Shown one piece after another: positions 26,442-36,064 of a stretch of 63,879 nt of DNA. A program made the translations under genes and the position numbers. Below the pieces are notes generated by a model. It was not told the origin of the DNA. It searched no databases and saw only the letters and a program-made list of their open reading frames with translations. Source of the DNA: a virus (lineage: Duplodnaviria; Caudoviricetes); IMG/VR virus record IMGVR_UViG_3300037088_000377, positions 1-63,879 of that record; one strand, written 5' to 3'. Each line of letters opens with the position of its first letter. Position 1 is the first letter of the stretch.

Positions 26442-27473
26442 TTACTTTAGAAGCGTCTTGGCCTTGGCATCGGCAATCAACTCGTCGAAGCTTTCTAAGA
26501 CTTCCTCACACTCTGCTTTGATGGCGGTAATCTTCTGGTCACGTGCCACTTTAACTGATGCTTTTTGCATCTCTAAAATTTGAATCGCCCTTGTCATACC
26601 CTTGCTTTTTAATGGGGTTAAACTTGTCGGTGTCGCCTTCTTAGTTTCATATCTTTTGCGCCTTTCTTCCGACCAAGTCCGTTTGGTGGGAGATGGCGTC
26701 ACGGTGGTTTCTACAGTTCCTACTGCTGTGGTCACATCATTCGTATTCATAGTTGTTTTCTCCTTAGGTACTAATACTGCTTCCATGACCTTTCCTCTCT
26801 TTCTCGACTTGGACGATGAACATCCCGATGAGCGCCGGGATGACCCAGACGACAGAATTCCCGCAGCACTTAACTCTGTCCACCCATTTGGTATACCCAT
26901 GAACTGTTCGCAGGCTTCGGCGGTAGGCATTAAATTCGGATTCTTCTGGAGTATTGCTCTGGCCAGCATTTCCTGTGCCCAACTGGCGCTTCCAGTAATC
27001 CCAGTATTGGCTTTTTTCCTTAATCTCCCCCCAGAAGTTATCGGGAAGGTCTTTCTGAAAGACCAGTTTGACTTCTTCAAAAGAATTGCGGTGGCTGAAG
27101 GGGTAGTTGTTACAAGCGATAATCCAGACACGGGGTCGAGAGTGGGGGATTCCGAAGACCTCACTCTCCAATATGGTCGTCCCCCAAGCGTAGCCTTCTT
27201 TTTCCAAGTCGGAGAGGACCCTGTCCCCATCTGACGTATGCAAAAGTCTAGCCACGTTTTCAACGATGACCCAAGGTGGGCGGATTTCTCGGATAAGCCT
27301 GAGAAAGTGGTACCAGAGCCCGGATGTAGAGGTTGGCTGTTCGGGGGTGCCGATACCGAGCTTTTTTCTTCCTGCACCAGAAATACTGGTGCAGGGGAAT
27401 CCCCCTGACAGGATGTCAACATGTCCAAGCTCTTCTCCCTTGCACTGCTTAATATCCTCATACTGTCGTACAT
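26442..27473 (-). CDS. Alternate-frame ORF carrying methyltransferase motif IX, in frame with a separately startable 102-aa basic coiled-coil ORF (26442-26750)
   Basis: PTAEACEQFMGIPNGWTEL is motif IX-like. An internal TAAGGAG RBS precedes MNTNDVT. Confidence 0.6.
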   Translation of the reverse strand: MYDSMRILSSAREKSLDMLTSCQGDSPAPVFLVQEEKSSVSAPPNSQPLHPGSGTTFSGLSEKSAHLGSSLKTWLDFCIRQMGTGSSPTWKKKATLGGRPYWRVRSSESPTLDPVSGLSLVTTTPSATAILLKKSNWSFRKTFPITSGGRLRKKANTGITGSASWAQEMLARAILQKNPNLMPTAEACEQFMGIPNGWTELSAAGILSSGSSRRSSGCSSSKSRKRGKVMEAVLVPKEKTTMNTNDVTTAVGTVETTVTPSPTKRTWSEERRKRYETKKATPTSLTPLKSKGMTRAIQILEMQKASVKVARDQKITAIKAECEEVLESFDELIADAKAKTLLK

Positions 27474-27612
27474 CGGGCCAATGCTTCTTCAGGATAGCTT
27501 TAGGGTAGGGGGCAATCTCTACCTGGAAGACCGTCTTGATTTCAGGGGACACCTCAAGACCCCAGTCTATCATCCCCACGCCTGAAAACAGGCTGCCGTG
27601 CTTAAGTGTCAT
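26764..27612 (-). CDS. DNA (cytosine-5) methyltransferase alpha-type polypeptide lacking motif IX
   Basis: SLFSGVG, GGFPC, VENV, HSRPRVWI and RVKCCGNSVV; no motif IX in this frame. Confidence 0.88.
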   Translation of the reverse strand: MTLKHGSLFSGVGMIDWGLEVSPEIKTVFQVEIAPYPKAILKKHWPDVRQYEDIKQCKGEELGHVDILSGGFPCTSISGAGRKKLGIGTPEQPTSTSGLWYHFLRLIREIRPPWVIVENVARLLHTSDGDRVLSDLEKEGYAWGTTILESEVFGIPHSRPRVWIIACNNYPFSHRNSFEEVKLVFQKDLPDNFWGEIKEKSQYWDYWKRQLGTGNAGQSNTPEESEFNAYRRSLRTVHGYTKWVDRVKCCGNSVVWVIPALIGMFIVQVEKERKGHGSSIST

Positions 27613-27650
27613 GTGCCCTCAAGGGATAATACTAAGGGGAAGTTGTTTCT

Positions 27651-29423
27651 CTAGCGGTTGGCGCGTGAGACAAACAAAGATTCAAATGACGGCTCGTCTA
27701 TCTTGACGATGAAGCTCCCGAGGATATCTGGGTCGGTTCTGTAAAGGTGCCCCTCTTTCATCATCTTTCGCTTGGAGTACCCCGACCCAATGGGGGATGA
27801 CTTATCCACCAAGCTGTGAATCCACGCCGCCATAGCCGCTTCTCTGCTGTCCTTGGACCCCATCAACGCCCGTGCCGCCCGACTCATTCCCCGGCGCACA
27901 TCCGGCCTGTGCAGCCCGAGGACATCCGCCACCTGCTGGAACGACCTGTACTTTGAATACTCGATAATAGCCCTGGACAAACCTCCTTTGAGAGAGTCCT
28001 CCAGCCCCGCCTTGGTCAGTACTTGCGACAAGACCTCAACAGTAGGCTCTCCGAAGAGCAGGAAAGCGCCAATGACCCGGATGGCCATACGGATGCGGAA
28101 TGAGCATACCGTCTGGGTAGATTTGAAGATGGTGGCCAGCGTGGTTTGGGTGTTGTGGGTGGGAATCATACTCTTACCACATAAATAAAGGTGGGAGGGG
28201 GAATCCACGGTGAGACAACGCATCAGCTTGGGTGCAACCTTAGTTACCTTATTGATATGATGGCTAAGCGAATCTCCCTTAAGATTTAACCGTTTTTGTC
28301 TGGCTAACTTTCTCGGTAAGCGAAAACACGGGACGGTAGTGGTAAACGCTGTTCCCCATCCATCGGAGTAACGCTTTTCCCCTTTGTAAATGCAATAGCT
28401 CCGCTTGGGTCTGAATTGATGTTTGATGCCTAATGACCATAGTAGTTCGTCAATTCCTCCTATGATGGCGGGCGAACAGTTTGTAAATGAGCATGTACCC
28501 AACTTAGTACATGAGCCATCTGTGTCCATTAGACCTTGGAGTAGAGCTAACCTTTGGCGTGCGGAGGCACGTAAGTATATTGACGGGATATGCTTGTTCT
28601 TTATAACTCCGAGCTTCTTTAGGGAAGACCAGAGACCCAAGATATGCCAACGCTGTGGGTCTTTGTCACTCTGATACCACTTATACCCAGCAGCCGAAAA
28701 ATGAGACAGTATTTCTTTGACATCTTCAGCGCTTCCTGTCAGGATGCCGCAATCGCTGTTTCCATCCCCAAGCCAAGCTCCAAGACAATATGGGTCCACA
28801 AGCAGGGGTTGGTCCGGCAATTCCAACTCATGCGTAAGGGCAATATGGTGATTCGCCAGGTATTTACCCTGTCTTGAACTTGCACAGTAGCGTTGTGTTT
28901 CGTATATCTCCTGTGTGGTACGGACAGTTTTGTCTAAACGGTACACATTTCTATGCTTGGCATTTTGACGGTCATTGTAGGTTGTCGTAAGCCAAAGATG
29001 GTCGTTCCCTGCATAGAGTTTTTCTCCAGTGTCCAATTCAATTTCATAAGTTATATCGGGGTAGCAAGTCGGATGAGCTTTCAATACACGAGTCGGCAGT
29101 CCGTTATCGTCAAGCACCAAGTCCCCGTCTACAATGTCCCCGTTACGTTTCCATCCATCAGGGGTGGGTATCGGGGTATCAACATCCAATAACTTTCCCA
29201 AGAGATAATAGGATAAAAGTATATCCTGGTCCTCCTGGCTGAGGTACTTGAGCATCTTCAGGAACCCTGTAAAGTTCTCCTGGATGTAGGTGAAGATGTC
29301 ATCCTCTTGGAGGTCCCGCTGAGTCTCCAAACTTATCGTTGTAGCCCCCTCCAGCGCCTCCTCTTCGCTTAACAGGAGAGACCTAGCACTGGTAATTGAG
29401 GTCATATACGGGGTTTGCTCCAA
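27651..29423 (-). CDS. Tandem sigma70-region-4-like HTH protein interrupted by an intein
   Basis: Joined exteins read LSQEDQDILLSYYLLGK|TQTTLATIFKSTQTVCSFRIRMA; a second HTH reads SFQQVADVLGLHRPDVRRGMSRA. Confidence 0.7.
   Translation of the reverse strand: MEQTPYMTSITSARSLLLSEEEALEGATTISLETQRDLQEDDIFTYIQENFTGFLKMLKYLSQEDQDILLSYYLLGKLLDVDTPIPTPDGWKRNGDIVDGDLVLDDNGLPTRVLKAHPTCYPDITYEIELDTGEKLYAGNDHLWLTTTYNDRQNAKHRNVYRLDKTVRTTQEIYETQRYCASSRQGKYLANHHIALTHELELPDQPLLVDPYCLGAWLGDGNSDCGILTGSAEDVKEILSHFSAAGYKWYQSDKDPQRWHILGLWSSLKKLGVIKNKHIPSIYLRASARQRLALLQGLMDTDGSCTKLGTCSFTNCSPAIIGGIDELLWSLGIKHQFRPKRSYCIYKGEKRYSDGWGTAFTTTVPCFRLPRKLARQKRLNLKGDSLSHHINKVTKVAPKLMRCLTVDSPSHLYLCGKSMIPTHNTQTTLATIFKSTQTVCSFRIRMAIRVIGAFLLFGEPTVEVLSQVLTKAGLEDSLKGGLSRAIIEYSKYRSFQQVADVLGLHRPDVRRGMSRAARALMGSKDSREAAMAAWIHSLVDKSSPIGSGYSKRKMMKEGHLYRTDPDILGSFIVKIDEPSFESLFVSRANR
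28152..29192 (-). mobile_element. Class 3-type intein with LAGLIDADG endonuclease (347 aa)
   Basis: Starts LLDVDTPIPTPDGW; DHLW, MRCLTVD, PTHN/T; LGAWLGDG and LLQGLMDTDG. Confidence 0.88.
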
Positions 29424-29610
29424 TTTTCCCTCCGGCCATTCTATATAATGGCCACATTTCCGGCTGTCGCACCGAAACTTGCAAAAGCAATAGGGAATTT
29501 TGCGAATTTTATGGAAAAATTGTGTATTGGGGTATTAAGGAGAAGTGTGTCCAAAATCATCATACCTGATAAATACTGTAAATCCAAGGAAATCCCTGAT
29601 GTAGAAACGA

Positions 29611-29639
29611 AAAGGGCGGGGGACTGGCCCCCGCCCTTT
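29611..29639 (-). terminator. Rho-independent terminator, possibly bidirectional
   Basis: AAAGGGCGGGGG-ACTGG-CCCCCGCCCTTT perfect stem at the end of the GIY-YIG gene. Confidence 0.75.
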
Positions 29640-30576
29640 AGCCGTGAGTGATAGGGGGTTCTGTTGGCGGCAAGTGGCGACCTTCTCTTATTGCGGCTAC
29701 CCGCTTGACCCGTATCTCAGGATTAGCCCACGATTTCCTCATAGCCTCTACCCATTTGGCGTGCCGCTCGGGGTAAGCCATCGCCTTCTCACGGGCTTCC
29801 AATAGGTTGGTGCGGCATTCTGAAGACTGTGAGGCTTTCAAAACTGCTGAACGATAATCTTCATCCTTCCACTTATCCTTTATTGACTCAGATAGTTTAG
29901 AACGAACTTCTGGTGACTGCATAGCTTTTGTATGTTTAATGCAGTACTCGGGGTTGGAAAGGGCTTCTCGAAGTGCTTTAATTTTTTTAGCACGGATTTC
30001 AGGATTAGACCAACTACGCTTGGTAACTTTACTAAGTTTAGCACGGACCATAGGGTCGGCGTTCGCCGACGCCTGCGCTGCCATTATCTTAGAACGAAAC
30101 TTAATATTAGCCCAATTCCTTCTACTTAAAATGCTTCTTTTTTCATGATATTCTGGATTAAGAAGTGCCTTTTTCATAGACTCTGCGTGTCGAATACGAA
30201 ATTGAGGGTCTTTCCACATCTGCTTGCTATGGATAGCCATTTTCTGACGAGTTTCAAGACCAAGGGGTCCGGTACGTCCTTCTCCACCCCGACAAATGTT
30301 ATAACCATACTCAGGGTCCTGTGACCGCAGGAATTTGATAAATTCCCGCTCGGTCTCATCAAGCTCTTTACGAGTTTGGATATCGGAGCAGAGGGCATGA
30401 ATGGACCACAAAGAAGATTGTGGGTACTTTCGCATTGAATTAAAAAGGTGGGAACTGCCTGTTTTATGTCGGGCAGAGGACATCTTCTGTTGAAGGTAAT
30501 GCTGAAGATTTTTTCCTTTGTGCTGCCCGACATAGTACTTACCGGTTTCGTGGTTAACGATGAGATAGATAAACAT
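29638..30576 (-). CDS. GIY-YIG homing endonuclease with W-x-[ND]-P-E helical repeats
   Basis: MFIYLIVNHETGKYYVGQ...YGYNICRGGEG, followed by repeats WKDPQ, WSNPE, WANPE. Confidence 0.88.
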   Translation of the reverse strand: MFIYLIVNHETGKYYVGQHKGKNLQHYLQQKMSSARHKTGSSHLFNSMRKYPQSSLWSIHALCSDIQTRKELDETEREFIKFLRSQDPEYGYNICRGGEGRTGPLGLETRQKMAIHSKQMWKDPQFRIRHAESMKKALLNPEYHEKRSILSRRNWANIKFRSKIMAAQASANADPMVRAKLSKVTKRSWSNPEIRAKKIKALREALSNPEYCIKHTKAMQSPEVRSKLSESIKDKWKDEDYRSAVLKASQSSECRTNLLEAREKAMAYPERHAKWVEAMRKSWANPEIRVKRVAAIREGRHLPPTEPPITHG

Positions 30577-30624
30577 ATGAACTTCCCTTCTATAAATACT
30601 TTGGAAAGTTCAAAATGTAAGTCG

Positions 30625-31452
30625 TCACGAAACGCTGATTGCGAGGACCCCGCCCGTATACTCAATCGGGTTGAGATATCCCTTGCTGGCATATGCTGTG
30701 GACTGCCCGACAGTGGAGAAGATAATCCATGACGAGCTTCCGGCCGGGAACCTTCCGGCGTGCGCGTACCCGCTGACCGCAGGCAGGACCGCTGCTGCGG
30801 GAGTAATCGAGGAGCTATCCATCAGGATGGCTGCCTCAAGGATGGCAGTGATAGATGCTGCCGTAGTGATAAGCCCGGCACCGATGGTCGCCTGGTCGCT
30901 GCTGGCCGAGGCGGCTGCGTTGAATGACGAGGAAGCCCCCAGTGTTGAGCCGCCCACTGCGGTGACATGAGCGACCTCGAACACGACCGCTTGGATACCG
31001 GAATCGAACACCGGACGACCGGCCTCAATGGGCGGTGTGCTTGGCGGAGAGGTGACCAGTCCAGGGTCAATGATGAAGATTTGCTGTGTTCCCACGGCTG
31101 CCTGAGCAAAGAAAGCATAGGCGCTTAAGTAGTTGCCTGAGACATCAGGAGAGACGACAGGCGGAGAAAGTGGGGGGCTCATCGAGCCTTCTTGAGTCAG
31201 GTTAACAATTTGGGTCTTCTGGGAGTACGAGCTTGACTTGTCGTCAAGGATGTTAGGGGCGGGGGTTTCGGCAGAAAGCTGACCCACATTGAACCCATAG
31301 CTGGTCCGATGGGCGAACACGAATACCACTAGACCGGTCTTGTTGGAAACGGTGCTAAGAACGGGGGCTGGGAGCCACACGCTGAGTGGGACTTCCGGGT
31401 ATACATTGAAGTTCTTTGCACTTTGGACGATTCTGTAGACGTTGGCTGCCAT
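30625..31452 (-). CDS. Putative virion structural protein
   Basis: Ser/Pro/Ala/Val-rich, beta-like composition; late-type promoter; SPP motifs. Confidence 0.55.
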   Translation of the reverse strand: MAANVYRIVQSAKNFNVYPEVPLSVWLPAPVLSTVSNKTGLVVFVFAHRTSYGFNVGQLSAETPAPNILDDKSSSYSQKTQIVNLTQEGSMSPPLSPPVVSPDVSGNYLSAYAFFAQAAVGTQQIFIIDPGLVTSPPSTPPIEAGRPVFDSGIQAVVFEVAHVTAVGGSTLGASSSFNAAASASSDQATIGAGLITTAASITAILEAAILMDSSSITPAAAVLPAVSGYAHAGRFPAGSSSWIIFSTVGQSTAYASKGYLNPIEYTGGVLAISVS

Positions 31453-31537
31453 GTTTGTCTCCTATGCCCTAGTTGGGCTGCCTCTATATATAATTCCGAT
31501 AGTCGGAACTATAGCCCCCCTTTATAGAGGAACTATT

Positions 31538-32008
31538 ATGGGAAGGCGGATGTTCGATAGCCAAAAGAAATGGTGCCCAGGCTGCAAAGATTGGCTTCTC
31601 TTGGACCGCTTCCACAATTGCAAGAGCGAGCCGAGTGGGAGGCGAACCCGCTGCAAGCTGTGCTTCAAGAAGCAGAACGACCCACACGTTAGAAAGTACC
31701 TGTACGGGTTGGACGACGCCCAGCTTATGGCGCTCTGGGAGAAGCAGGGGAAGTGTTGCGCCATCTGCCGGGAACCAATCCCCTTCCGAGGAGGACAAGC
31801 GTCCCATATTGACCATGACCATGCCACAAGAGAGGTCAGGGGCATCCTCTGCTCTCGGTGCAACCGTGGGTTGAGGGCTTTCCAGGACAACCAAGCGCTT
31901 CTCGCCGAGGCGACTCGGTATCTGCGAACCTTTGAGAAGGAACGCAAGGAACGCAGGAAGAGAGGTATTGAACCTATATGCTCGTCTCATGCCTACAAGA
32001 GACCTTAA
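31538..32008 (+). CDS. Endonuclease VII-like (His-Me finger) endonuclease
   Basis: YGL...QGKCCAIC...HIDHDHATREVRGILCSRCNRGL. Confidence 0.88.
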   Translation: MGRRMFDSQKKWCPGCKDWLLLDRFHNCKSEPSGRRTRCKLCFKKQNDPHVRKYLYGLDDAQLMALWEKQGKCCAICREPIPFRGGQASHIDHDHATREVRGILCSRCNRGLRAFQDNQALLAEATRYLRTFEKERKERRKRGIEPICSSHAYKRP

Positions 32009-32160
32009 CCGCCCGTATTCCTGGGGTAGACTTCTCTCCATTTGTGTGTCTCCAATCATCCGATGTTCAGGAAGAAACGCCCTGACTTGGCGCAACGAAA
32101 TAGAGCTAGAGGAGAGGAAAATTATAAGAGGAAAAACGAATAATGATGACATCAACCTTA

Positions 32161-32826
32161 ATGCCCGCCTCCCCCTTAGTTTCATGCTTAACTCCAACTT
32201 ACAATCGGCGTGATTTCTGGCCGAAATGTATCCAATGTTTCCTTTCGCAGGACTACACCAATTTAGAATGGGTAATTGTTGATAATAGTGAAACCCCCAT
32301 CAAGGACCTCCTCCCCGCCGACCCCCGCATCCGGTATGTCCGGCACCCCGGAGAACGCCTGTCCCACGGGAACCTCATGAACCTGTGCATGGGATGCTCC
32401 ACGGGCGCTCTGGCGTGCGTTCTTGACGATGACGACTGGTATGCCCCGGACAGGGTCAGGAAGCAGGTTCAACCACTCATAGATAATCCCGCAAAGGACA
32501 TCGTAGGGACGAGTCGGCTATTTTATTACGTCTTAGGAACCCAGAAGGCATTTCGGTATGTCAACCAGACTCACCAGAAGTGGCTGGCCGCACCCGCTTG
32601 GAGGCGGTCGGCTTGGGAGAACAACAAGTTTGACAACCTCACACGTGGGGCGGACACAAACTTTATGAACCGGATTCCTAAGAATCGCTGGGTGGACTTG
32701 GAGGATGAGCGGCTGATAGCAAGCACGATACATCCCGGAAATGCATCGCCAAAAAGGCTGCTTCCGCCTTCTTTTGTAGGAGTACCTTGGGCAAGCGTGG
32801 AAGAAATCACGAAAGGAACACTGTAG
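32161..32826 (+). CDS. Glycosyltransferase family 2
   Basis: VSCLTPTYNR, VIVDNS, LDDDDWY, GAD. Confidence 0.88.
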   Translation: MPASPLVSCLTPTYNRRDFWPKCIQCFLSQDYTNLEWVIVDNSETPIKDLLPADPRIRYVRHPGERLSHGNLMNLCMGCSTGALACVLDDDDWYAPDRVRKQVQPLIDNPAKDIVGTSRLFYYVLGTQKAFRYVNQTHQKWLAAPAWRRSAWENNKFDNLTRGADTNFMNRIPKNRWVDLEDERLIASTIHPGNASPKRLLPPSFVGVPWASVEEITKGTL

Positions 32827-32840
32827 AGTAGGAGAACAAC

Positions 32841-33815
32841 ATGAAAAAGGCACTCGTCTGTGGAGCAGGGGGCTTCATTGGTGGTCACCTGATAAAGAGG
32901 TTGAAACGAGAGGGTTATTGGGTTCGTGGCGTGGATATCAAGGAGCATGAATTTTGTCCGACCGCTGCAGACACATTCTTTCGTCTTGACCTTCGAGATA
33001 AATATAGTTGTCACGCTGCACTCAGCTTAGACACGGAGAAGTTTGATGAGGTCTATCAGTTGGCCGCCGATATGGGTGGGATGGGCTTCATACATTCTGC
33101 TGAGTGTGAAATCATGCATAACAATGCACTGATAAACATTCATATGACGCAGGCAGCGGCGACAATGGGCATCTCTCGGTACTTCTTCTCTTCGTCTGTC
33201 TGCGTCTACCGTGATATGATATTCGGAGAGCCGGAAATGATGGAAACAGAGGCCACTCCCGCCAATCCGGACAATGAGTATGGGTGGGAAAAACTCTATT
33301 CTGAGCGTGTGGCAATGGCATACGAGCGCCGCTATGGGGTGCAGGTGCGTATCGCCCGCTTCCAGAACTGCTATGGTGCGGAGGGTACTTGGCGTGGGGG
33401 GCGGGAAAAGGCTCCTGCGGCCATCTGTCGCAAGGTGGCTGAGGCTGCGGATGGGGATACGATTGAGGTTTGGGGTGACGGAACCGCTGTGCGCTCATAC
33501 ACACACGTCAACGATATGGTTGACGGCATTTTTAGGCTTATGCATTCCGACTTGCACGGAGCTGCCAATATCGGGTGCCCGCAGTATGCGACAGTGAATG
33601 AACTGGTGGCTACGGTTGCCGATGTAGCCGGTAAGAAAATCTGTATTACACACATCAACGGTCCGGTCGGTGTTCAATCCCGTAACTTCAGCAATGCCCG
33701 CATCTACTCAACGGGTTGGAAACCCAAGATATTCCTTAAAGAGGGCATCCAACTAACCTACCCTTGGATTGAGACCCAAGTCAAAGCGGCTGAGACCGTA
33801 AAAGGAACCCTATGA
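32841..33815 (+). CDS. NAD-dependent epimerase, GDP-mannose 3',5'-epimerase-like
   Basis: GAGGFIG, LAADMGGMGFI, YGWEK and GGREKAPAAICRK, a GME-type signature. Confidence 0.85.
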   Translation: MKKALVCGAGGFIGGHLIKRLKREGYWVRGVDIKEHEFCPTAADTFFRLDLRDKYSCHAALSLDTEKFDEVYQLAADMGGMGFIHSAECEIMHNNALINIHMTQAAATMGISRYFFSSSVCVYRDMIFGEPEMMETEATPANPDNEYGWEKLYSERVAMAYERRYGVQVRIARFQNCYGAEGTWRGGREKAPAAICRKVAEAADGDTIEVWGDGTAVRSYTHVNDMVDGIFRLMHSDLHGAANIGCPQYATVNELVATVADVAGKKICITHINGPVGVQSRNFSNARIYSTGWKPKIFLKEGIQLTYPWIETQVKAAETVKGTL

Positions 33816-34450
33816 GTAATCCCCGCCTGCTCATCGCCATCACCAGTTGTCATAAACACAGGGAGTGGCAATTTGCACAAAGGCAAACATGGGTACGGGA
33901 CATACCCCACGGGGTATCCTATCGGTTCTTCCTCGGCAACCCCATCGTTCAGGATGCTTTGGAAGACGAGGTCTTCTTGGACGCCCCGGACGACTACTCG
34001 TTAATACCCGTTAAGATGAAGGGTATCTTCCAGTGGGCATTGGATCAAGGGTTTAACTTTGCCTTCAAGGTGGACATTGACACCTTGGTAAATGTCCAAA
34101 ACCTTTTGGATAGTGGGTTCGACAAGCATGATTATGTCGGCGGTCTTTATAGCCAAGGGGTCGCTACCCCGTTCGCCAGCGGAGGGTCGGGATTCATGCT
34201 GAGTGAGAAGGCGATGCGTCTCGTAGTAGAGGAGCCTGTAAGAGATGACGGGTATGACGACGTGCTTGTGGCTTTGGCGATGAAGAGAGGCAATATTCCT
34301 TTGCATGCCGACAGCAGGTATAGGTTTTCCCCCGGATACACGATGGACGGGAAAGGTATCTCCTATCATCTTAGCTCCATCTCTAAATGGAAGGAGAGTT
34401 ACTTCCCAACAGTGATGTTTGAGAAATACTTGGAGATGAAAAGGCTATGA
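33812..34450 (+). CDS. GT31/Fringe-like glycosyltransferase
   Basis: RQTW, DDY...K, FKVDIDT, SGGSGFMLS, DDV. Confidence 0.75.
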   Translation: MSNPRLLIAITSCHKHREWQFAQRQTWVRDIPHGVSYRFFLGNPIVQDALEDEVFLDAPDDYSLIPVKMKGIFQWALDQGFNFAFKVDIDTLVNVQNLLDSGFDKHDYVGGLYSQGVATPFASGGSGFMLSEKAMRLVVEEPVRDDGYDDVLVALAMKRGNIPLHADSRYRFSPGYTMDGKGISYHLSSISKWKESYFPTVMFEKYLEMKRL

Positions 34451-35229
34451 GCTTATCGAGCGGCTTTACATTAGAACAGGAAAGAAGACAAGAGGAGCTT
34501 CAATCAATGTTCCAGAACGCCCGCCGTGGGATGAACTTCGGGATGGGTGGCGGGTTTGAGTCTAGCGGAGAATATCAAGCGATTCAAAAAATAAGAGGTG
34601 AATTGCTGAAAAAGTATTGTGAGCCCTATATTTTGTTTGATGTGGGAGCTAACGAAGGGGAATACACCCGGTTTTTATCGAACATCTTTGCTGGCGAGGC
34701 GGTAATTCACGCTTTTGAGCCATCGTTAGGTACCTTTGAGGTCCTGCGGCAGCGGCTTGGCGAGGCGGCTGAGCTTCACCGGCTAGCCTTCGGGGAACAA
34801 AGTGGTTTCGCTTTGCTATACTCAAATAGTAACTCCGGGCTTTCGTCTTTCTATAACCGCAATCTTAAACATTTTGGGATAGTGTTGGACAAGACGGAGA
34901 GTATTTCTGTACTGACACTCGACGAATTTTGTCAAACGATGGGCATCCAGCATATCCACTTTCTGAAGATGGATGTTGAAGGACATGAGCTTCAGGTTCT
35001 CAAGGGAGCTAAGAAGATTCTGGAGCAACGGGGGGTTGACTTCATCCAGTTTGAGTTTGGTGGATGCAATATCGACTCAAGGACCTTCTTCCAAGACTTT
35101 TTCTATCTGCTCTCTCCTCAATATCGCCTCTTCCGAGTCCTGGCAGACGGCTTGTGGCCGGTAGAGTCTTACAGGGAGTCGGAGGAATTTTTTGACGGTC
35201 CGACTAATTACATGTGTGAACTTATATGA
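34447..35229 (+). CDS. FkbM-family SAM methyltransferase
   Basis: FDVGANEG, HAFEP, LKMDVEGHE. Confidence 0.9.
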   Translation: MSLSSGFTLEQERRQEELQSMFQNARRGMNFGMGGGFESSGEYQAIQKIRGELLKKYCEPYILFDVGANEGEYTRFLSNIFAGEAVIHAFEPSLGTFEVLRQRLGEAAELHRLAFGEQSGFALLYSNSNSGLSSFYNRNLKHFGIVLDKTESISVLTLDEFCQTMGIQHIHFLKMDVEGHELQVLKGAKKILEQRGVDFIQFEFGGCNIDSRTFFQDFFYLLSPQYRLFRVLADGLWPVESYRESEEFFDGPTNYMCELI

Positions 35230-35242
35230 AAAAGAAAATTCT

Positions 35243-36061
35243 ATGATAGTGCGTCTTAAAGGGGGACTCGGCAACCAGATGTTCCAGTATGCCTTCGGGA
35301 GGTCAGTGTCGCTGGCAAAGAAGGAGGACCTGTTCTTCACCCGTGATTACTGTGACTCCGACCCCAAGAGGTGCTACGCTTTGGGGGTCTTCGATGTCCC
35401 AATAAAATTTGTGTCGGAACCTAAAAACCCTGTATACCACGAATCCCCCTTTTCCTTTAATCCACAAGTCTATACGATGCCAAAAAACGTGCTGTTTGAG
35501 GGGTACTGGTTTACAGAGAAGTACTTCAATAGGCCTATTATAAGAGTTTGTTTTTCTCCCCGTACTATGAGCGACAAATCCCAAGCGGTGGCGGAAGAGA
35601 TTATCTCTCTTGATGAGAAGAGCGCCTTCCTGCATATCCGTAGAACAGACTTCACAACGCTATCAGAATACCATACGAACCTGACGATGAATTACTATGC
35701 CGCCGCCATGAAGCTTATCTGCCAGAAGGTTCCGAACGCCAAATTCTTCGTCTTCTCCGACGACCCTGAATGGTGCAAGGTGGCTTTTCCCTCCGAGTTT
35801 ACGGTTGTGGCTCACAATAAGCCGGGCGGCAGGATGTTCGGCTCTGACCAGTCAGGCACGGAGCACGAGGATTTGTGGTTGATGAGCCTGTGCCGTCATG
35901 CCGTCATCGCTAATAGCTCATTTTCATGGTGGGGTGCTTGGCTGGGGGACGAGCAGGAAAACAGGATTGTGGTGGGTCCAAAGCGGTGGTTCGGTCCCGC
36001 CCTTGCTGGCTTGGATACCGGGGACATCACCCCTGAGAGATGGATAAAGGTGGGATACTGA
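35243..36061 (+). CDS. GT11 alpha-1,2-fucosyltransferase-like protein
   Basis: GGLGNQMFQY, HIRRTD, FSDD, IANSSFSWWGAWL. Confidence 0.9.
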   Translation: MIVRLKGGLGNQMFQYAFGRSVSLAKKEDLFFTRDYCDSDPKRCYALGVFDVPIKFVSEPKNPVYHESPFSFNPQVYTMPKNVLFEGYWFTEKYFNRPIIRVCFSPRTMSDKSQAVAEEIISLDEKSAFLHIRRTDFTTLSEYHTNLTMNYYAAAMKLICQKVPNAKFFVFSDDPEWCKVAFPSEFTVVAHNKPGGRMFGSDQSGTEHEDLWLMSLCRHAVIANSSFSWWGAWLGDEQENRIVVGPKRWFGPALAGLDTGDITPERWIKVGY

Positions 36062-36064
36062 ACA

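Noticed and set aside
30590-30600. T4-type late promoter TATAAATA (also at about 41854)
   Set aside because: It lies on the strand opposite the adjacent gene and is better explained as the reverse complement of the bipartite late motif.
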